Assembly: GCA_965213685.1 (NCBI GenBank)
Contig: CBDBZY010000064.1
Coordinates: 832,001 to 896,000 of the forward strand
Origin: a bacterium
GTDB lineage: Bacteria > UBA8248
Direction of reading: 5' to 3'
DNA length: 64,000 bases
The notes under the pieces are model-generated. The model had not been told where the DNA came from. It did no database searches and worked only from the letters and a program-made list of their open reading frames with translations. Numbering within the stretch: position 1 is the first letter of the stretch; each line of letters opens with the position of its first letter. A program made the position numbers and the translations under genes. This document shows positions 11,419 to 39,115 of this stretch, in pieces.

Positions 11419-13919
11419 TTCTCTGTTTTGAAAACACCACATGACATGTCACACTACGCTTACACGCATAGTAGCTCTAGACGTATCTATTCCCACCCCT
11501 TTTTGTGATGGTACACCATCCTCAGGCTCTTCCCTCAAGCAAAAAGCTGTTGTATGACCTTTGACACCCCCACTCCAACCTTAGGGACAAAGGGTTGTCC
11601 ATAAGAAGCATGTGGCAGTCATACTGCGCATACGTGTTGTAACTGTGATTTACGATGCAGACACACAGAAGGCTTTGAAGAGCCAGACCACAAGAAGACC
11701 TTGGTGGACTTGATTGGCTCACTGTGGGTATCAGACGAGTTAGTAATCAGTATTCATCAAAATTAATGGGTACAATGCACGAGTATACAATGTAGCTTAC
11801 ATTGTAACTCAACAAACGTCTCTGAAGGTAACAGATGTGAGTTAACTTGAAGGGCAATAGCTATTGGTATGGAAACCTTCAGCAATGAGTACCCTTTGAA
11901 TAAGGCAAGTGTACATGTGCGTTATATCTTATATAGTGAATTAAAAACTCCAGCGAGAGAAAAGTACAAAGATGGTCGCAGGCTCGCCAACAGACCATGT
12001 TTATCAGGCATCGGCTGAGAAGAATGACAGATGCAGAATGATAGATATAGCGCTTATCGACAAACTGATAGAGAAAGGGGATTGACAAACTGGTAGAGAA
12101 AGGGAATCGACAACTCGTAATCAACAACTCCCTTTGTGAAGGACTCGACAACTAGCTAACAACAACTCGTGTTGGCTGCGCATCCCTACATTTTTAGGGT
12201 ACAAAACTAGCGTACAATGTCAAAGCTACGCCATGTGACATCATTAGAGAGATGATGTACGTGATACACTGTTGTCAGACAATCCCATGTTATCTCTAGG
12301 TCCAAACAATCCGCCACTGCACTAAGGACAGCTATATAGAGGGGGGCTCCATCCGCACGACTAGGTGGGCTCGCTTCCACTCGCCCAACTAGTAGAATGC
12401 CCAGCATTGTGGGCAAGTGGGAGTGAGCCAATCTGATGCTTATCTTGAATGATAGTTTGGCATGGTTCATTGAAGATCTTATGAATGTCAACATTTGCAA
12501 GAGCACCTAAGTACAATGTTGGATCACTAGCTGTAGTGTAGAACTCTTCTGACTGGCCTCAAAGTTAAAATGTCCAAGCTTACAGAGGAATGCCTGCTAA
12601 GCTATTAAGTGATGTGTGAACGCACACAGCATGTATCTGAAACAGCCGAGTCATTTTCTCGGAGTCAAGTGGGATCTGTCTTCAGCCATACAAGCTACGT
12701 ATATAGTCGCAGGTCACAGGGTTGCTAGATATGCCCTCTTTGAACTGTTTGTACACGAGCGGAAGTGATGATGATGTCAAAACAAGAGCATTTAACCCTT
12801 ATGTGCACAGATTTTGTCAACTTCGTGTGTAAGGATACTACAGTTTAATTATTGCTTGAAGCATTGTATTGCAGTTAGGCTGGGGGCTATTCTAACTGCT
12901 GTCTCCCAACAATACAGGCCACTGCGGTCTGTGGTGCCAACATTGGGTTCTTTCTGGACCAAACTTCTCAAGTCATGCATCACAGGAGAAAATGCCTGCA
13001 CACACATGCCATTAATCTCTGTACCGCAATTGATTTTGCCATATCTACAATGCAGCAGTTTGCCATATTATGCAATTCTAGACAACAGCAGCAGAATTTG
13101 CAACTGCTACTTATGGAGGGGAGTGCTATAGTACGTAGTTGGATACATGCTCATTTGACTATTTTCATAGAGATCAATTGCTACTTGCTAATTTTGATCC
13201 TCCTACAAAGTTCTGTATAAATGAAATGCACTCTGCTGGGTGCAAACTATCCTGATAAGACAAGTCATGCATGCACATTCTCTCCCCTCCCCCCACACAT
13301 ACCCCCACACACACACGTGCACACATGTACGTATGCACACATAGACACACATACACAGCTAAGTGGGTAATTGAAATATCAATGATATGATTATGAATAC
13401 TTTATGATTATACTGTATTGATTGTATTCCTCCCTTTCGTCTGGTAATGGCTCCAATCCCCTTTCTGCCACAAAGAAAAAGAGAAGCAAGCAAGCAATGT
13501 AATATCATGACTTAACATTATGTTTCGTAATTCGATCTTGTTCTACTTATGCATGGACTCCTAACATTACTGCGGACTTGAAAACTTTTTTGCATATCTT
13601 AGAGTAATATGTCAGTAAAATTCAGTGTAGAAGTAAAAAAACTTACAGGGCATTTAACCTATTTTTGATTTTGATTATATATTCTGCTAGACTTTTTGAA
13701 AGCTAAAGTGGGGGGAGGGAGGAAAGAGACAGAGAGAGACAAGAGAGAGAGAGAGAGTGGGGGGGGGGGGGGGGGGGGGGGAGCGAGAGGGAGAAGGATA
13801 GGGATAGGGTATTTCTCTCCGGGAGGGAGGGAGGGAGGGAGAGAGGGAGAGGGAGAGGGAGAGGGAGAGGAAGAGACAGAATTGAAGTTGAAAAAATAGC
13901 ACATTACCACTGCTGGTCT

Positions 13920-14619
13920 GCACATCACCACTGCTATTGTTTTGATCAAACCATCAAGCGCATCCACAGCAGATTTGTAGCTATCATTACGTGATGTAAA
14001 GTGATCACAAACTGGTGGAAGAGTTTGGTGTCAATTGCTGTGTTTTGCTTATCCATTTGAAATGAAATGGTAGCTGTGGTCTGCAGTACTACCTACACCT
14101 TGCTGCTGCAGCCTTTCCCAGGTTTGTGTCAGTGTTTGACAAGTTGTGGGAGTCAGCTAGATATGCAGGTTTGTAAGGTAGGCCTTGTACAGGAGGTAGA
14201 CACCAAACTGATGTACGTATGTACATGTACATGCACCTGTGTCTCATTTTATACCCAAAACCAAACTAATATCGGCAATAGTAGTAGTCGGGCATTTTGT
14301 TATGGCTCCAAGCTTCTGACAGTACAAATATCAATTCCATACAAAAAATTACCCTGTTTGTGTGCCCTCAATCAACAGATTTGAGTTGTTATCTGATTGA
14401 TATACATGTATAGATAGATGCAAAACCATGTGTCTCTTTTCTTCCTTCTCATCCTCCTCCCTCTCATCTTCTCAAGATATTGGATATTTCTATTTTCAAA
14501 TAGCCTACATTTTGCTGAAGTGTGTAATTGCCATGTTTTTTATGTGAAACACTCATTTCAGAGTATGCAGTCCCTTTATGAGCAAGTTTCTAAACCCCTC
14601 ACACTGCTTTTAAATTGTA
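13920..14619. repeat. Dispersed duplicated segment, copy 2 (copy 1 at 6590-7323)
   Basis: Colinear with copy 1, with small indels. Confidence 0.9.
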
Positions 14620-15699
14620 TGTGTAGGTAGCCTCGTCTCCAGGCTCTCCCCTCCAGCGAAAATTTGTTGTGCCGTCTTTGACACCCCTACTCCGACCTTA
14701 GGCTGTAAAGTGTCGTCCGCAGAAGGCGTGTTGCAGGCATACTACGCATGTGTTGTAACTGCGATTGACATTGTATCAGAGATGGAAAAAGGATATCACT
14801 CGTAGTATATGCAATCACTGAAGAAATGAATGCCAACAATGAATGACACAGTTCGTTACTTTTGTGGCTGTGGGCAGACGTTATTTTTACTTACAGTTTG
14901 AGTTGGGGTCATGCAGCTATGATCTGTGGGTGGCTGGGCATGATTTTCGGGGGGAAGGGGGTCTAGAGGCGCTTGCCTCCGTGTTTGTGGTCTTCCTCCC
15001 CTCACTGCTCCTCTTATCCTTCCCCACCCTCTCTCCTTCCAAGATCTACACAGAGGCCCTCCGGCTTCTGGTGCTGCTGCTCCTCCTCCTTTTCATCTTC
15101 CCCTTCCCCTTCCTGCAGTTGGCTGGGTGGCCTCATTGTCCATAGGGGGGGGGGGGGGGGGGGGGGGCTGCATGTTGCTGTGCCGGCTCGTTTTCCTCGA
15201 AGTGTTCAAAGAGGTCCATATCAATGTCTGAGAGGGAAGAAAGAGCGTAGCTGACATTAGTGCATCATTTGTAGTATAGTTGAACTGTACATGAAAAATT
15301 GTAATATAATTTTCCAGTTGACAAGAGAAATGAAAGCACAAATGATATGATTGACATACATAAAGCTGTACTAAATTCAAATATGCGGTAGGTGACTGAC
15401 CTTGCATGTCCTCAAGTTCCTGCACCATGCTTGTTTTTGGAAAGTAACTGCGATACTCGAGCCTTATGAGGTCCTTATATAAAGTGAAGAACATGAACTT
15501 TTGAACTTTGTGTAGTACTTGCCTGTGTGTCTGTAGATCTGTCTGTCTGTGTGTCTGATTCTGCTAACCTGCTATCATGTATGATTAGGCATCCAACAAG
15601 TGCCACTGACAGCTGCAGCGCAAGGTGTGCAGTACTTTCAACGTGTTTTTAAGAATGCTTTGTTAGGAAGTTTGGGCGTTATGTGCTTACAATAGGTCA

Positions 15700-16660
15700 G
15701 CCATTTGCGTTCATGCATCTCTGCAAACTCACGGCGGAGAATCTTTGCCACGAGTTTTGCGGGGACGGGCGGGAGGCCCTCGCCAATGTGGGTGCCTGAT
15801 GCCTGTGGTGGGGTGTGCGCGGAAGCACTCGGCAGTAAGTTGGAAGGGGCATTGACAGTTGGTGTGCTGCCCTCCGTTTGTGTGCCGCTGGCCAAATCAA
15901 ATGTATTGACTTCACTGAGGTCGGATGCGGGAGGTACACCATCGTCAAGACCTACGAGGGGGGGGAGAGGCGGTGTGACGGGCAGGGTAGAGAAGCCTCG
16001 GAGCCAGGAGGCAGGCTAGTGACTAGCCCTCGTGCCCGGTACCTGCAAGTGTTGGGGGGGTATGACTGGGGGAGGTGCCCGGTATGGTCTGCATATGTGC
16101 AGTGCCCAGTGGTGTATGATGCCCGGTGCGAGCGTGCATAGTACACGGATCAATGATGGGCAGCGGGACGAGAGGTCATCCGTGGGCGCTCGGGCCCCGA
16201 TCTTTGGCCTACGCTACGGCCCGAGTACGTAGGCTCCCTGCACGAATGCCCGGGTAGGCTTGCGAATGCTGGGAGTGGGTGGCAGGAGAGGCATGCACAA
16301 AACAGAGCGAGTAGACTTACCACCGGTGGACCGTTGGCTGGTCCGCACTTGGGTGACCAGGGGGGCGAGTTGGTTGACGAGTGAGCCTAGACGCTGGTCG
16401 ATAGCCCCTTGGACCATTGAGGTGATCCGTGCCTCCGTATCGTCTGTCTTGGGTTCATCACCCATCCTTCTGCATCGATCGGGGAGGGGGGGGGGGGGGG
16501 ACGGAGGGTTGACGTCCGATAGGGAGAAGCTGTAGTAGCAGTGCCGAGGGAAGGCGCCTGGTGTAGGAGGAAAGAGAACCGCTGTCGTAGCCGAAACGTC
16601 CGAGTGAGTGCCACGAGATACACCCATGCACTCCTGTTGCGCATGCTCGGCCAAGGACCC
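15700..16660 (-). mobile_element. DIRS/Ngaro-type tyrosine-recombinase retrotransposon 5' and gag fragment, truncated
   Basis: GC-rich island with the gag-like peptide IGEGLPPVPAKLVAKILRREFAEMHE. It is cut at ~15700 by another repeat. Confidence 0.65.
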
Positions 16661-17002
16661 ACATGGATCCTTGACCTCGTCAGGCCCAGGTCTCCTATTA
16701 ACCTCCTTTAATTATACAATTAACCTCCATAAGAACTAACCTTTGAAGAGTGCCTGAATTTGAGTGTCAAGGGGGATTTCATAGAACTTAATTGTGTGAA
16801 TATGCATACACTCAAGGGAAGCTCTGTTGAAGTCCTCACTTAAGAGTTCTCCACAATCAATATCGCAGAGAGTATGCCCAACCTCTTCATTGGTTTTTAG
16901 GCCAGAAGTGTTAAATATGCGGTGCAGAGATCTGTATCCCAAACAAAACTTGATCCCTGAACTTCAGTCACAGCAGCAGCTGAACCAACAACTTCCAGCT
17001 GT

Positions 17003-17367
17003 TAGTAGTCACATTGAAGTACCAAGAAATGTATTTGCTCCCTGCATATCACTGAGACATGAACTTGTCTCTAATGTCAATCCATTACAACCTTCTCATA
17101 ACTTTGGATGTGACATTTATCATCATGCTATCAATATAGTAGTCACATTGAAGTACCAAGAAATGTATTTGCTCCCTGCATATCACTGAGACATGAACTT
17201 GTCTCTAATGTCAATCCATTACAACCTTCTCATAACTTTGGATGTGACATTTATCATCATGCTATCAATATTGTAGGACTGTAATGGATTGACATTAGAG
17301 ACAAGTTCATGTCTCAGTGATATGCAGGGAGCAAATACATTTCTTGGTACTTCAATGTGACTACTAT
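17003..17367. repeat. Exact 134-bp tandem duplication followed by an 88-bp inverted copy (fold-back)
   Basis: 17003-17136 equals 17137-17270, and 17280-17367 is the reverse complement of 17136-17223. Confidence 0.95.
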
Positions 17368-17843
17368 CATCAAGGATGCAGTGATTATACTACAGAATAA
17401 TGTTTCTGGTTATGGATGTTTTTTTAGTTGTCACTGTGTATATGAAGAAATATGTTTGATGTACGTTACAATGACCCTCAGTGATACCTCTTACACAGTT
17501 CTGCTTGGTGTGTATGTTGCCTGATATCCGTTGCCAATCATCACACTTCCTTACAGCACTTTCCTTCCTCCCTCCTTTAACGGTATTGAAGATAGTTTCA
17601 GTTTCACTCTTAACCATTGACAAACCAGTTGTGATATGTGTAACAAAAAGACATGTCATGACAACAGTATAATGGGTTCATATATGCAATATGGCTGGTA
17701 GAATGGCTACACATGGCCAAAGCCTGCTGAATTCAACATTCCAAAGCATATAATTTCCTCGAAAGTAGCATTACTAAGTGCCAGTTGGAGAGTAACTTAT
17801 GGTGAATAGATCATATATATCATCTGTTGACAAGGGTGGGTTC

Positions 17844-18265
17844 TCAGAGGGAAGAAAGAGTGGGTGCATCACAGCTGGATCGCTTCGAATTAGTTTTGTC
17901 CTTGGACAAGGCCGAGCTAACCAGTTTCTGCGTTTTATCCAGTAAATACCTCACCACCTCACTGTCAGGGCCACCTTCAAACTTCAGAATGCATGGGATT
18001 TCAAATCCCCCTTGTACTAGATCAGCAGAGTAGCGCCTGACACCAGTTACCCTACAGTGAATTGCTCCTCCATGCCGCAGAAACAATGAACAGTTCGAGG
18101 AGATTTTATTTGGACCATGGCCTACTATTACCCCAGATTTCAGAATCAAAACAGCAAAAATATAATGTGGATTCTTTGGCATTCGAGTTCTTCACCAACT
18201 TTAGCATCCCAGATCTCTTTATACTGGTAGTAGCCTCGTACCATGGCCTCTACTTCGAAGTATAA
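17844..18265 (-). pseudogene. HIRAN-like domain remnant of the kind carried by animal DNA transposons
   Basis: MVRGYYQYKEIWDAKVGEELECQR, frameshift, NPHYIFAVLILKSGVIVGH...SLFLRHGGAIHCRVTGVRRYSADLVQGGFEIPC. Confidence 0.7.
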
Positions 18266-18585
18266 ACAGACCATTTCTACTCCACGTGTACAAGTGGTAT
18301 GGTTTAGCATACTGCGACCATGAAAATTTTTCCATGAACTGGCCCCAAAAATACCCGCTATACAGTATTGACCATAAAACATCTCATAACAAAGTACCAG
18401 AAAACTTTGAATATGGTCCGAGTAGTGGACACTTAATTCACCTCGGTCATTATCCCACCCAGTGCCACCCGCTCTCTTCTTCGATGATCACCCTTCATGG
18501 GCCTTTATAGTGACCCATTGGTATTGGCCAAAGGGACTGGGCTCATGGGCGTGCTAATGGGGCGTGTCTCGGACCGCCTTAGGAG

Positions 18586-19060
18586 GTGGAGTCTCCATTG
18601 ACACTAGGCTCTACCAACTCCCAAGACACTCCCAAGCTAGTGAGCCTCCGTTGTCTCCTTGCAGGCTCCGTACCAGCTCCTCCGCTGTTCTCCCTCATGG
18701 GGAGAGATGGGCCTCCACTGTTGTCCACCTCCTCTCTCCCAAGCTGGCCAATTTCTGCCTCTGCTGTGCCAAAGGACACTGGAGCCACAAACAACAGCGC
18801 ACTGGCACTCCCCGTTTTCAGCTCCATTCCACCAAAGTTGGTGAAGTGCTTACTTGAGAAGCAGTATGTGGAGATGTGGGAGATGCTCCGGGAGACTTGG
18901 CAATTAGAGGCAGAGTCGACCTGCTGCCATGCTAAGCACCCCAAACACAGCCTGGTGATGGACATCAGCGTGTGGATGGAGTGTTTTGCCACAATAGCAG
19001 CAGTGCTGTCATCGGCATACCCGGACGAGGCTCCCTACTTCTTTGCCTACCTTCGTACTT
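18586..19060 (+). mobile_element. DIRS-type gag fragment
   Basis: SIPPKLVKCLLEKQYVEMWEML...DISVWMECFATIAAVLSSAYPDEAPYFFAY, homologous in pattern to the 15.7 kb fragment. Confidence 0.7.
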
Positions 19061-19235
19061 CTACAAATTGTCCCCACACACTGCCGATGCAGGAGGACCA
19101 AAAGTCACAAAGTCGTCGAGATAGGACACACCTTTTTGTCTCAAGATCCATGCGAGGGCATCGGCAATCACCGTGAATATCTTTGGTGTCGAGCGGAGGC
19201 CGAAAGGCAACATCCCATCGATGTACAGGTTATGT
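19061..19235 (-). mobile_element. DIRS-type reverse transcriptase fragment, inverted relative to the adjacent gag
   Basis: LYIDGMLPFGLRSTPKIFTVIADALAWIL..GVSYLDDF (LPFG and YLDD motifs). Confidence 0.85.
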
Positions 19236-19604
19236 ATTTGTGAGTCATTTCCAACTCTTTCGAGGCTGAGTAACACTCCTGATTTTCTAGTCAGAGTGTG
19301 CACTCTTTCACTATTTTGTACACGATTATTTGTGGGAAGGATATGTTACATATCTAGTGTACCATCTATTATTTGATGGATGTCTTGAAATTTGGTACAC
19401 AAGTATTGTCAGTGAATGACTCAGTATCATTAATATTGCATGTATTGTATCTATGTCTGTACAGTGATGTGATACATATACGTATATATATTGTATTGAG
19501 CTTACAATGTAATGTGCAACAGTTTAGTAAACCACTACTGCGTAATACAGGAACAAATCAGCAAGTGTACTACAATAATTATCAAGAGTCAATGGTCACA
19601 GTAA

Positions 19605-33295
<13,691 letters not shown>

Positions 33296-34399
33296 TCTGT
33301 TCAAGATTCAATGTGGTATTCATAGCATGATATTACTGTATGCATTGGCCCCCCCACGACACTATCATGAATATATTTAACCATCACCTACCAACTAAAA
33401 TGTCAAAGCCACTATGGACACCATCAACTCTGCCCAAACCCAATGGCTTATGGTATCTATAGCAGTACAGAAACGTACAGAGCCTGGCTGATGGGCCTTT
33501 TTGCTTCATATTAATTTTGTTTGTTGGTGGGATAGCTGCATCAGCTCTTCAACCACAGCAAAATATATTGTCATCTACGTATCAATGCTCATATAAGCTT
33601 AACTGAACTGGCCGGACTATATAGGAAACCACGAAATACGTCATCTGCTTTGACAGACGACTTATTTCGATGTAGATTCATGTTCTTTGCTTGCTGTACC
33701 CACTCGCTACAGTCCTAGCCCCACCCACATTCTTTGCGAATCGCTCCATTCATAGGCGTAGACATAACAGAGACTACCGGTCATCGCGCAGCCACAGTCA
33801 TAACATCACCTCAAATACGCACCCACAGCGTCCATTATTCTGTCCTACCTTTATCCCTACTTCTTCCTAGCTCTCTACTAACCCATTGGCCTCTATTGTA
33901 CGCTCCCACTGCTATGTAAAGGGCACAAAGACACTGTTGAGTAATCCTCAGGTACAAACAATTCGACTATTCTTATTCTTACTTTCTTTTGCGTACACTG
34001 GCCTTCACCTCCATCGGAATCATCGGCATTGCACGGTCTGTCAAACTGCGCTATAGTGGTACTACCCGCCTCCGCATGCGCAGAACATCCCATAGTCGAC
34101 TAGTGATTATATGGTAGAAATGCGGTGTCCATAAGAAGCCTTTGTCTTGTGATGATAAAGATCTCACATTGAATAAGTAGCGCTGCAAATAAACAATTAA
34201 TTGACAACATTGTGCGCTTGCATGCACAGGATAGAGTGATGGCTAACTTAAGGTTTATGTCTCTATTCATGGTGTACTTATTGAATGGATTGACTAGAAT
34301 ATCTCTTGCTTCATGGCTCCAGATGGTTATAAATCTACCTTCAGAGATCTTGGTGTGGGTCTTCTCAAGCTTATACACACATTGGTGTAAATTAGTGCC

Positions 34400-37300
34400 A
34401 GTTACAGAAAAGCGTAATAGATATCCACTGTTGAGCAGCAAAAGATGAGAAGAAAGAATTGGTGCATGCAAAGGGTTGATGAAGAAGTGGTACAGGTGCT
34501 GAGAGCTAGGTTTGACCTAAGTGGCGATATATCAACAGGAAAGTAAATTAATTTATGAACAATCTTATAAAGAGTACACAACTTAAAATACAGGCGACGG
34601 TTGCAGAGAGTAGGACACTTAGCAAGGTCAAGTAAATCCTGATAATCCAGATTATCCCATTGTTTAGAACATATTTTCAATGCAAGTTTCTGTGTATTTT
34701 CCAGTTTTTTTATGCTTCTGGCTGTACGAGGATCCCAAACTGGGGCTGCATATTCTAAATGTGGCCTGATTTGTGTGGTATACAATTCAAAGGGAGTGTC
34801 TGGTCCGGCACTACTGTAAAGTAGGCCCAAGAGTTTCCTTGCTTTGGTGCAAACAGATTCGATGTGTGGTGTCCAAGAGAGGTCTGACGATAGGATGACA
34901 CCAAGGTATTTGATGGTATCAACACATTCCAGTGGAATACCCTCTAGAAGTATGGCCGGGACATCAGTTGGTTTCCTCTTTCGAGACACTCTCATATATT
35001 TGCACTTAGATGGATTCATAGTCAGATGATGTGTGCGAACCCAAGTATTTAATAAGTCATTGTCTTGCTGAAGGTGTTGAGCGTCACCTGGAGAATTGAG
35101 ACCTCTGTACAACAACATGTCATCAGCAAATAAGTTAATGTAGGTACCAGAGGAGAAAGGCAAGCTGGCAGCATCATTGATGTAGGTAAGGAACAGCAAA
35201 GGTCCTAACACTGAGCCCTGTGGTACTCCAGACAGCACTGGTAAAGGAGCTGAAGATTCGCCACCAACAACCACTTTTTGACATCGCCGAGTAAGGTAAC
35301 TTCACACCCATTTCAGAATATGGGGATGAAGCCCAGTAGCTTCTAATTTCTGAAGTAGGGGTACATGAGGAACTGAGTCAAATGCTTTGCGAAGGTCATA
35401 GAAGATGGCGAGAATTTCCTTGCCAGTCTCCAATGCTTGAAGCCATGCATGGACCACAGTTAGGAGAGAAGCCACAGCTGACTTTCCATGTTGAACCCCC
35501 CACTGGTTAAGAGCAAGTTGGTAAGAGGTGTTGAAATGATCAGTAAGCAGCCAATGGAAGTGTCATTCAAGCAATTTGCTCATTATGGAGAGGAAGGAGA
35601 TTGGCCGGTAGTTGCCTTATCACCACCCTTGGGAATGGGAACGATGGATGATTCCTTCCAACATTGAGGACACTTGCCACTCCTGATTGAAATGTTAAAT
35701 AACTTTGTTAGTGATGGAACAATACTCTCAAGTGTGCCTTTTAACATCCTAGATGAAATTCCATCTGGTCCACTGGCTTTAGACACATCCAGAGAGCGAA
35801 TAAGGGCTGCTACCTCCTCTTCACAACAGAGGAAATCATCTGGACAGTGGTTAGATGGACATTCATTTAGGGACTCAAGTAATGGTGGAACAGCAGGATT
35901 GAAACAGCTGGAGAAGAAGTCATTCAGCATCTTAGCTTTGGCTGAGTTGGTAGATGCAGACATATCATTTAACATAAGAGTAGGAATGGTTGATTTTTGT
36001 TTGCTAAGACATTTGATTGCTTTCCAAAACTGTTTCTTGTTAGTTGAACTTAAGGTATTGAAGTAGGCTCTTCGAGATTTACGAATCATGGAAGTTACAG
36101 TATTACACAACATTTGGTACCTCTTAGCACTGTTGCAGTTGGGAGACTTCTTATGTTTTCGAAAAGCAATGTTACGTTTATGAATACACCGAACAATATT
36201 CTGGTTCAGCCAGGGCAGATTGTGCCTCCTTAGCAGTTGCCTTTGAGGAATACACTCCGACATTATCTCAAGAAATCGTTTTTGCCAGTTGCGGGTGGAA
36301 GTGTCAATGTCATTTTCATGTAGCAAGCTGTCCCAGTCAGTGATGCGAATCAGGTCACAAGCCTTGGTGAAATCCGCATGCTTGTAGTCCCAAATTAGGC
36401 ACTGGGATAGTTTGAACTGTCTGTGAGTGGGTTTCCATTTTAGTAGAAGGTGGAGGCCATTGTGGTCAGAATTTGCAAGAGGTGGGGTAGTACAGCACTG
36501 AATAAGTTGAGACATGTCTGATAACAGAGCCAGATCAATGATAGATGGCTCTCTATTTGGTTTAGTGTGAGTTGAAGAAGTGACTGCTTGTGAAAGTGAA
36601 AAGGTATATAAAACCCATGTAACTTTGGGGAGAGAGGATGGCTGGGATTGCAAAAATCCACATTGAAATCTCCTATAAGTACCAAAGTAGAAAAACTGGA
36701 AGGATTGATGTTGTGTACAATTGAAAGAAGAGAATCAAAAATATTTGCAGGAGACGATGGTGGCCTATAAAACAGTAAGATGCAATGCTTCAATTTGGGA
36801 GGTGGGGAAGAAATGGAAACAGAGAGAAACTCTAGATTGGGAGATCCCGTCATTGGTAATTCACTAGTGACACATGGCTTTACATAAATTATGACCCCAC
36901 CACCATGCCTGTTCTGGTCTAACCTATAAAGTGCATAGCCCACCAGTGAAATTTCAAAGTCAGATATTTCAGTGGAGAGCCAGGATTCCACTATGCAGAT
37001 TACAGTCGGTTCAAGATCTTCCACAGTAGCAGCCAGTTCATCAAACTTGGGAAGGAGACTTCTTGCATTGTAATACAAATTTGACAAAGGATTGGAGCTG
37101 GGAGTACCAGGTTGAAAGCTTGTGCCTTCCACGAAAGGAGTAAGTGCTTCTATAATTGTCTAAAAAAGGCAGTGTATTTACAGGAGGTAGGGAGTCAGAC
37201 AATAGGGAGCAATGGGTCACACCATCTGCACTGATGTCTTCACTGTGAGTAACAATGACTGTGTCTGTAGCAGTTGCAGATGAAGATGTAGAAGATTGTT

Positions 37301-37734
37301 GAGCATTGTCTGATTGCAGTGTAGGAGATGTTTGTGGTTGCTCTGGTTGCTGGCCAGGTAGGACATTGGCAGGAGAGCTGTCTTCATAGCAGTACATATT
37401 CTCTAGTTTCCAACCTGTGTGGGTAGAAATGTTCATCCATTGTTGTTCAAGCATGTTTATGGCAGACAGATCTCCCCGTATTACTAACCACCACCTTTTC
37501 ACCAGTCCACATTGCGAGGTTTTGTACTTGTGTTTGATTACCAGGCCACTTGTCAAAGATTGTGTGGGAATGAAGCGCCCAATTGCATTGAATAGTGCTG
37601 TCGATGTGGTAGACCTCAGAGTGCCCCATACCTTCCTTGCATCTGGGATGAGAACACGATTCTTGAGTGGTTTTGGAGTGTATGCAGAAGGACGATGGGG
37701 GGTATTGACTGTAGTCATCTCATTTTCAACGAGG

Positions 37735-37740
<6 letters not shown>
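34400..37740 (-). mobile_element. Near full-length but disrupted CR1/L2-group LINE (ORF1-like region plus APE endonuclease-RT ORF2)
   Basis: APE: YYNARSL, IVESWL, HGGGV, LIGDFN, SDH. RT: KASGPDGI, YDLRKAFDSV, GVPQGSVLGPLLF, LFADD, KYLGV. ORF1-like ARKVWGTL...KRWW. Frameshifts near 36650 and 35600 and in-frame stops. Confidence 0.93.
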
Positions 37741-38373
<633 letters not shown>

Positions 38374-38440
38374 CAATATCGCCGAGATAAGTAATAATTT
38401 CAAGTGAAGACTGTAGAGAAGCCAAAACGATGTCGCTAAT

Positions 38441-39115
38441 TAGTCTCGCAAGCCAGCTGTATTTTTCCTCGGGGGAGGACGTGATCGGAGGGAAACGGGA
38501 AAATGCGAAGGGAAAAATACGTCCAGTAACATGTTCTGCCGGATTGTCGAATAGTAACGTTAATTGCTCATTACCGCATACTCTCCTCGACGATTATGGT
38601 GTAGAGATGGCTGTAGAGGCTGGGAAGAAAGGTAGTGAGGGAGGACTCGACGAAGCAGTTGGGGTACGCAAAGCTGACACAGGTAGCTGTGAGGACGTTT
38701 CAATCTTATCTCGGAACGCTTTCTCCTCGAGACCTGTATACGTCCTCCTTAATGCCTTACGAATACCACGGCATGGTCTGCACAAGCAGTCGTGTGATAA
38801 AAGCAGTCTGTTCGCTTCTGAAGGGAATACTGCGACACTATAGCTGCTACAAAGTAGACTGATGCCTCGTTTTCCGACAGACTTGCGTCTTACTGCAGTC
38901 AGCGCTCGTCACTGGTGCCAGGTACTGAGAACAGATGGCTCAAGACACGCCACCCCGCTAGCCCTCGCTTGTGTCTATTTCCCGTGGCTTCGTAAACAAT
39001 TTTCCGCTGCCGCCTGCACATGTTACCAGTTAAGACGTATTTTACCTTCGCATTTTCCCGTTTCCCTCCACTCACTTCCACCACTCGCGAAAAATGTACG
39101 GCTGGCCTGCGAACA
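38441..39115. mobile_element. Non-autonomous TIR element (MITE-like)
   Basis: The left end tagtctcgcaagccagctgtattttt...ggagggaaacgggaaaatgcgaagg..aaaatacgtc is mirrored by gacgtattttaccttcgcattttcccgtttccctcc...tacggctggcctgcga. Confidence 0.8.

Noticed and set aside
14880-15494. Pro/Gly/Arg-rich minus-strand gene
   Set aside because: It is interrupted by stops and a poly-G run, and I recognise no domain.
17390-17800. Ulp1-like protease remnant downstream of the HIRAN-like domain
   Set aside because: The resemblance is faint and no catalytic motif is readable.
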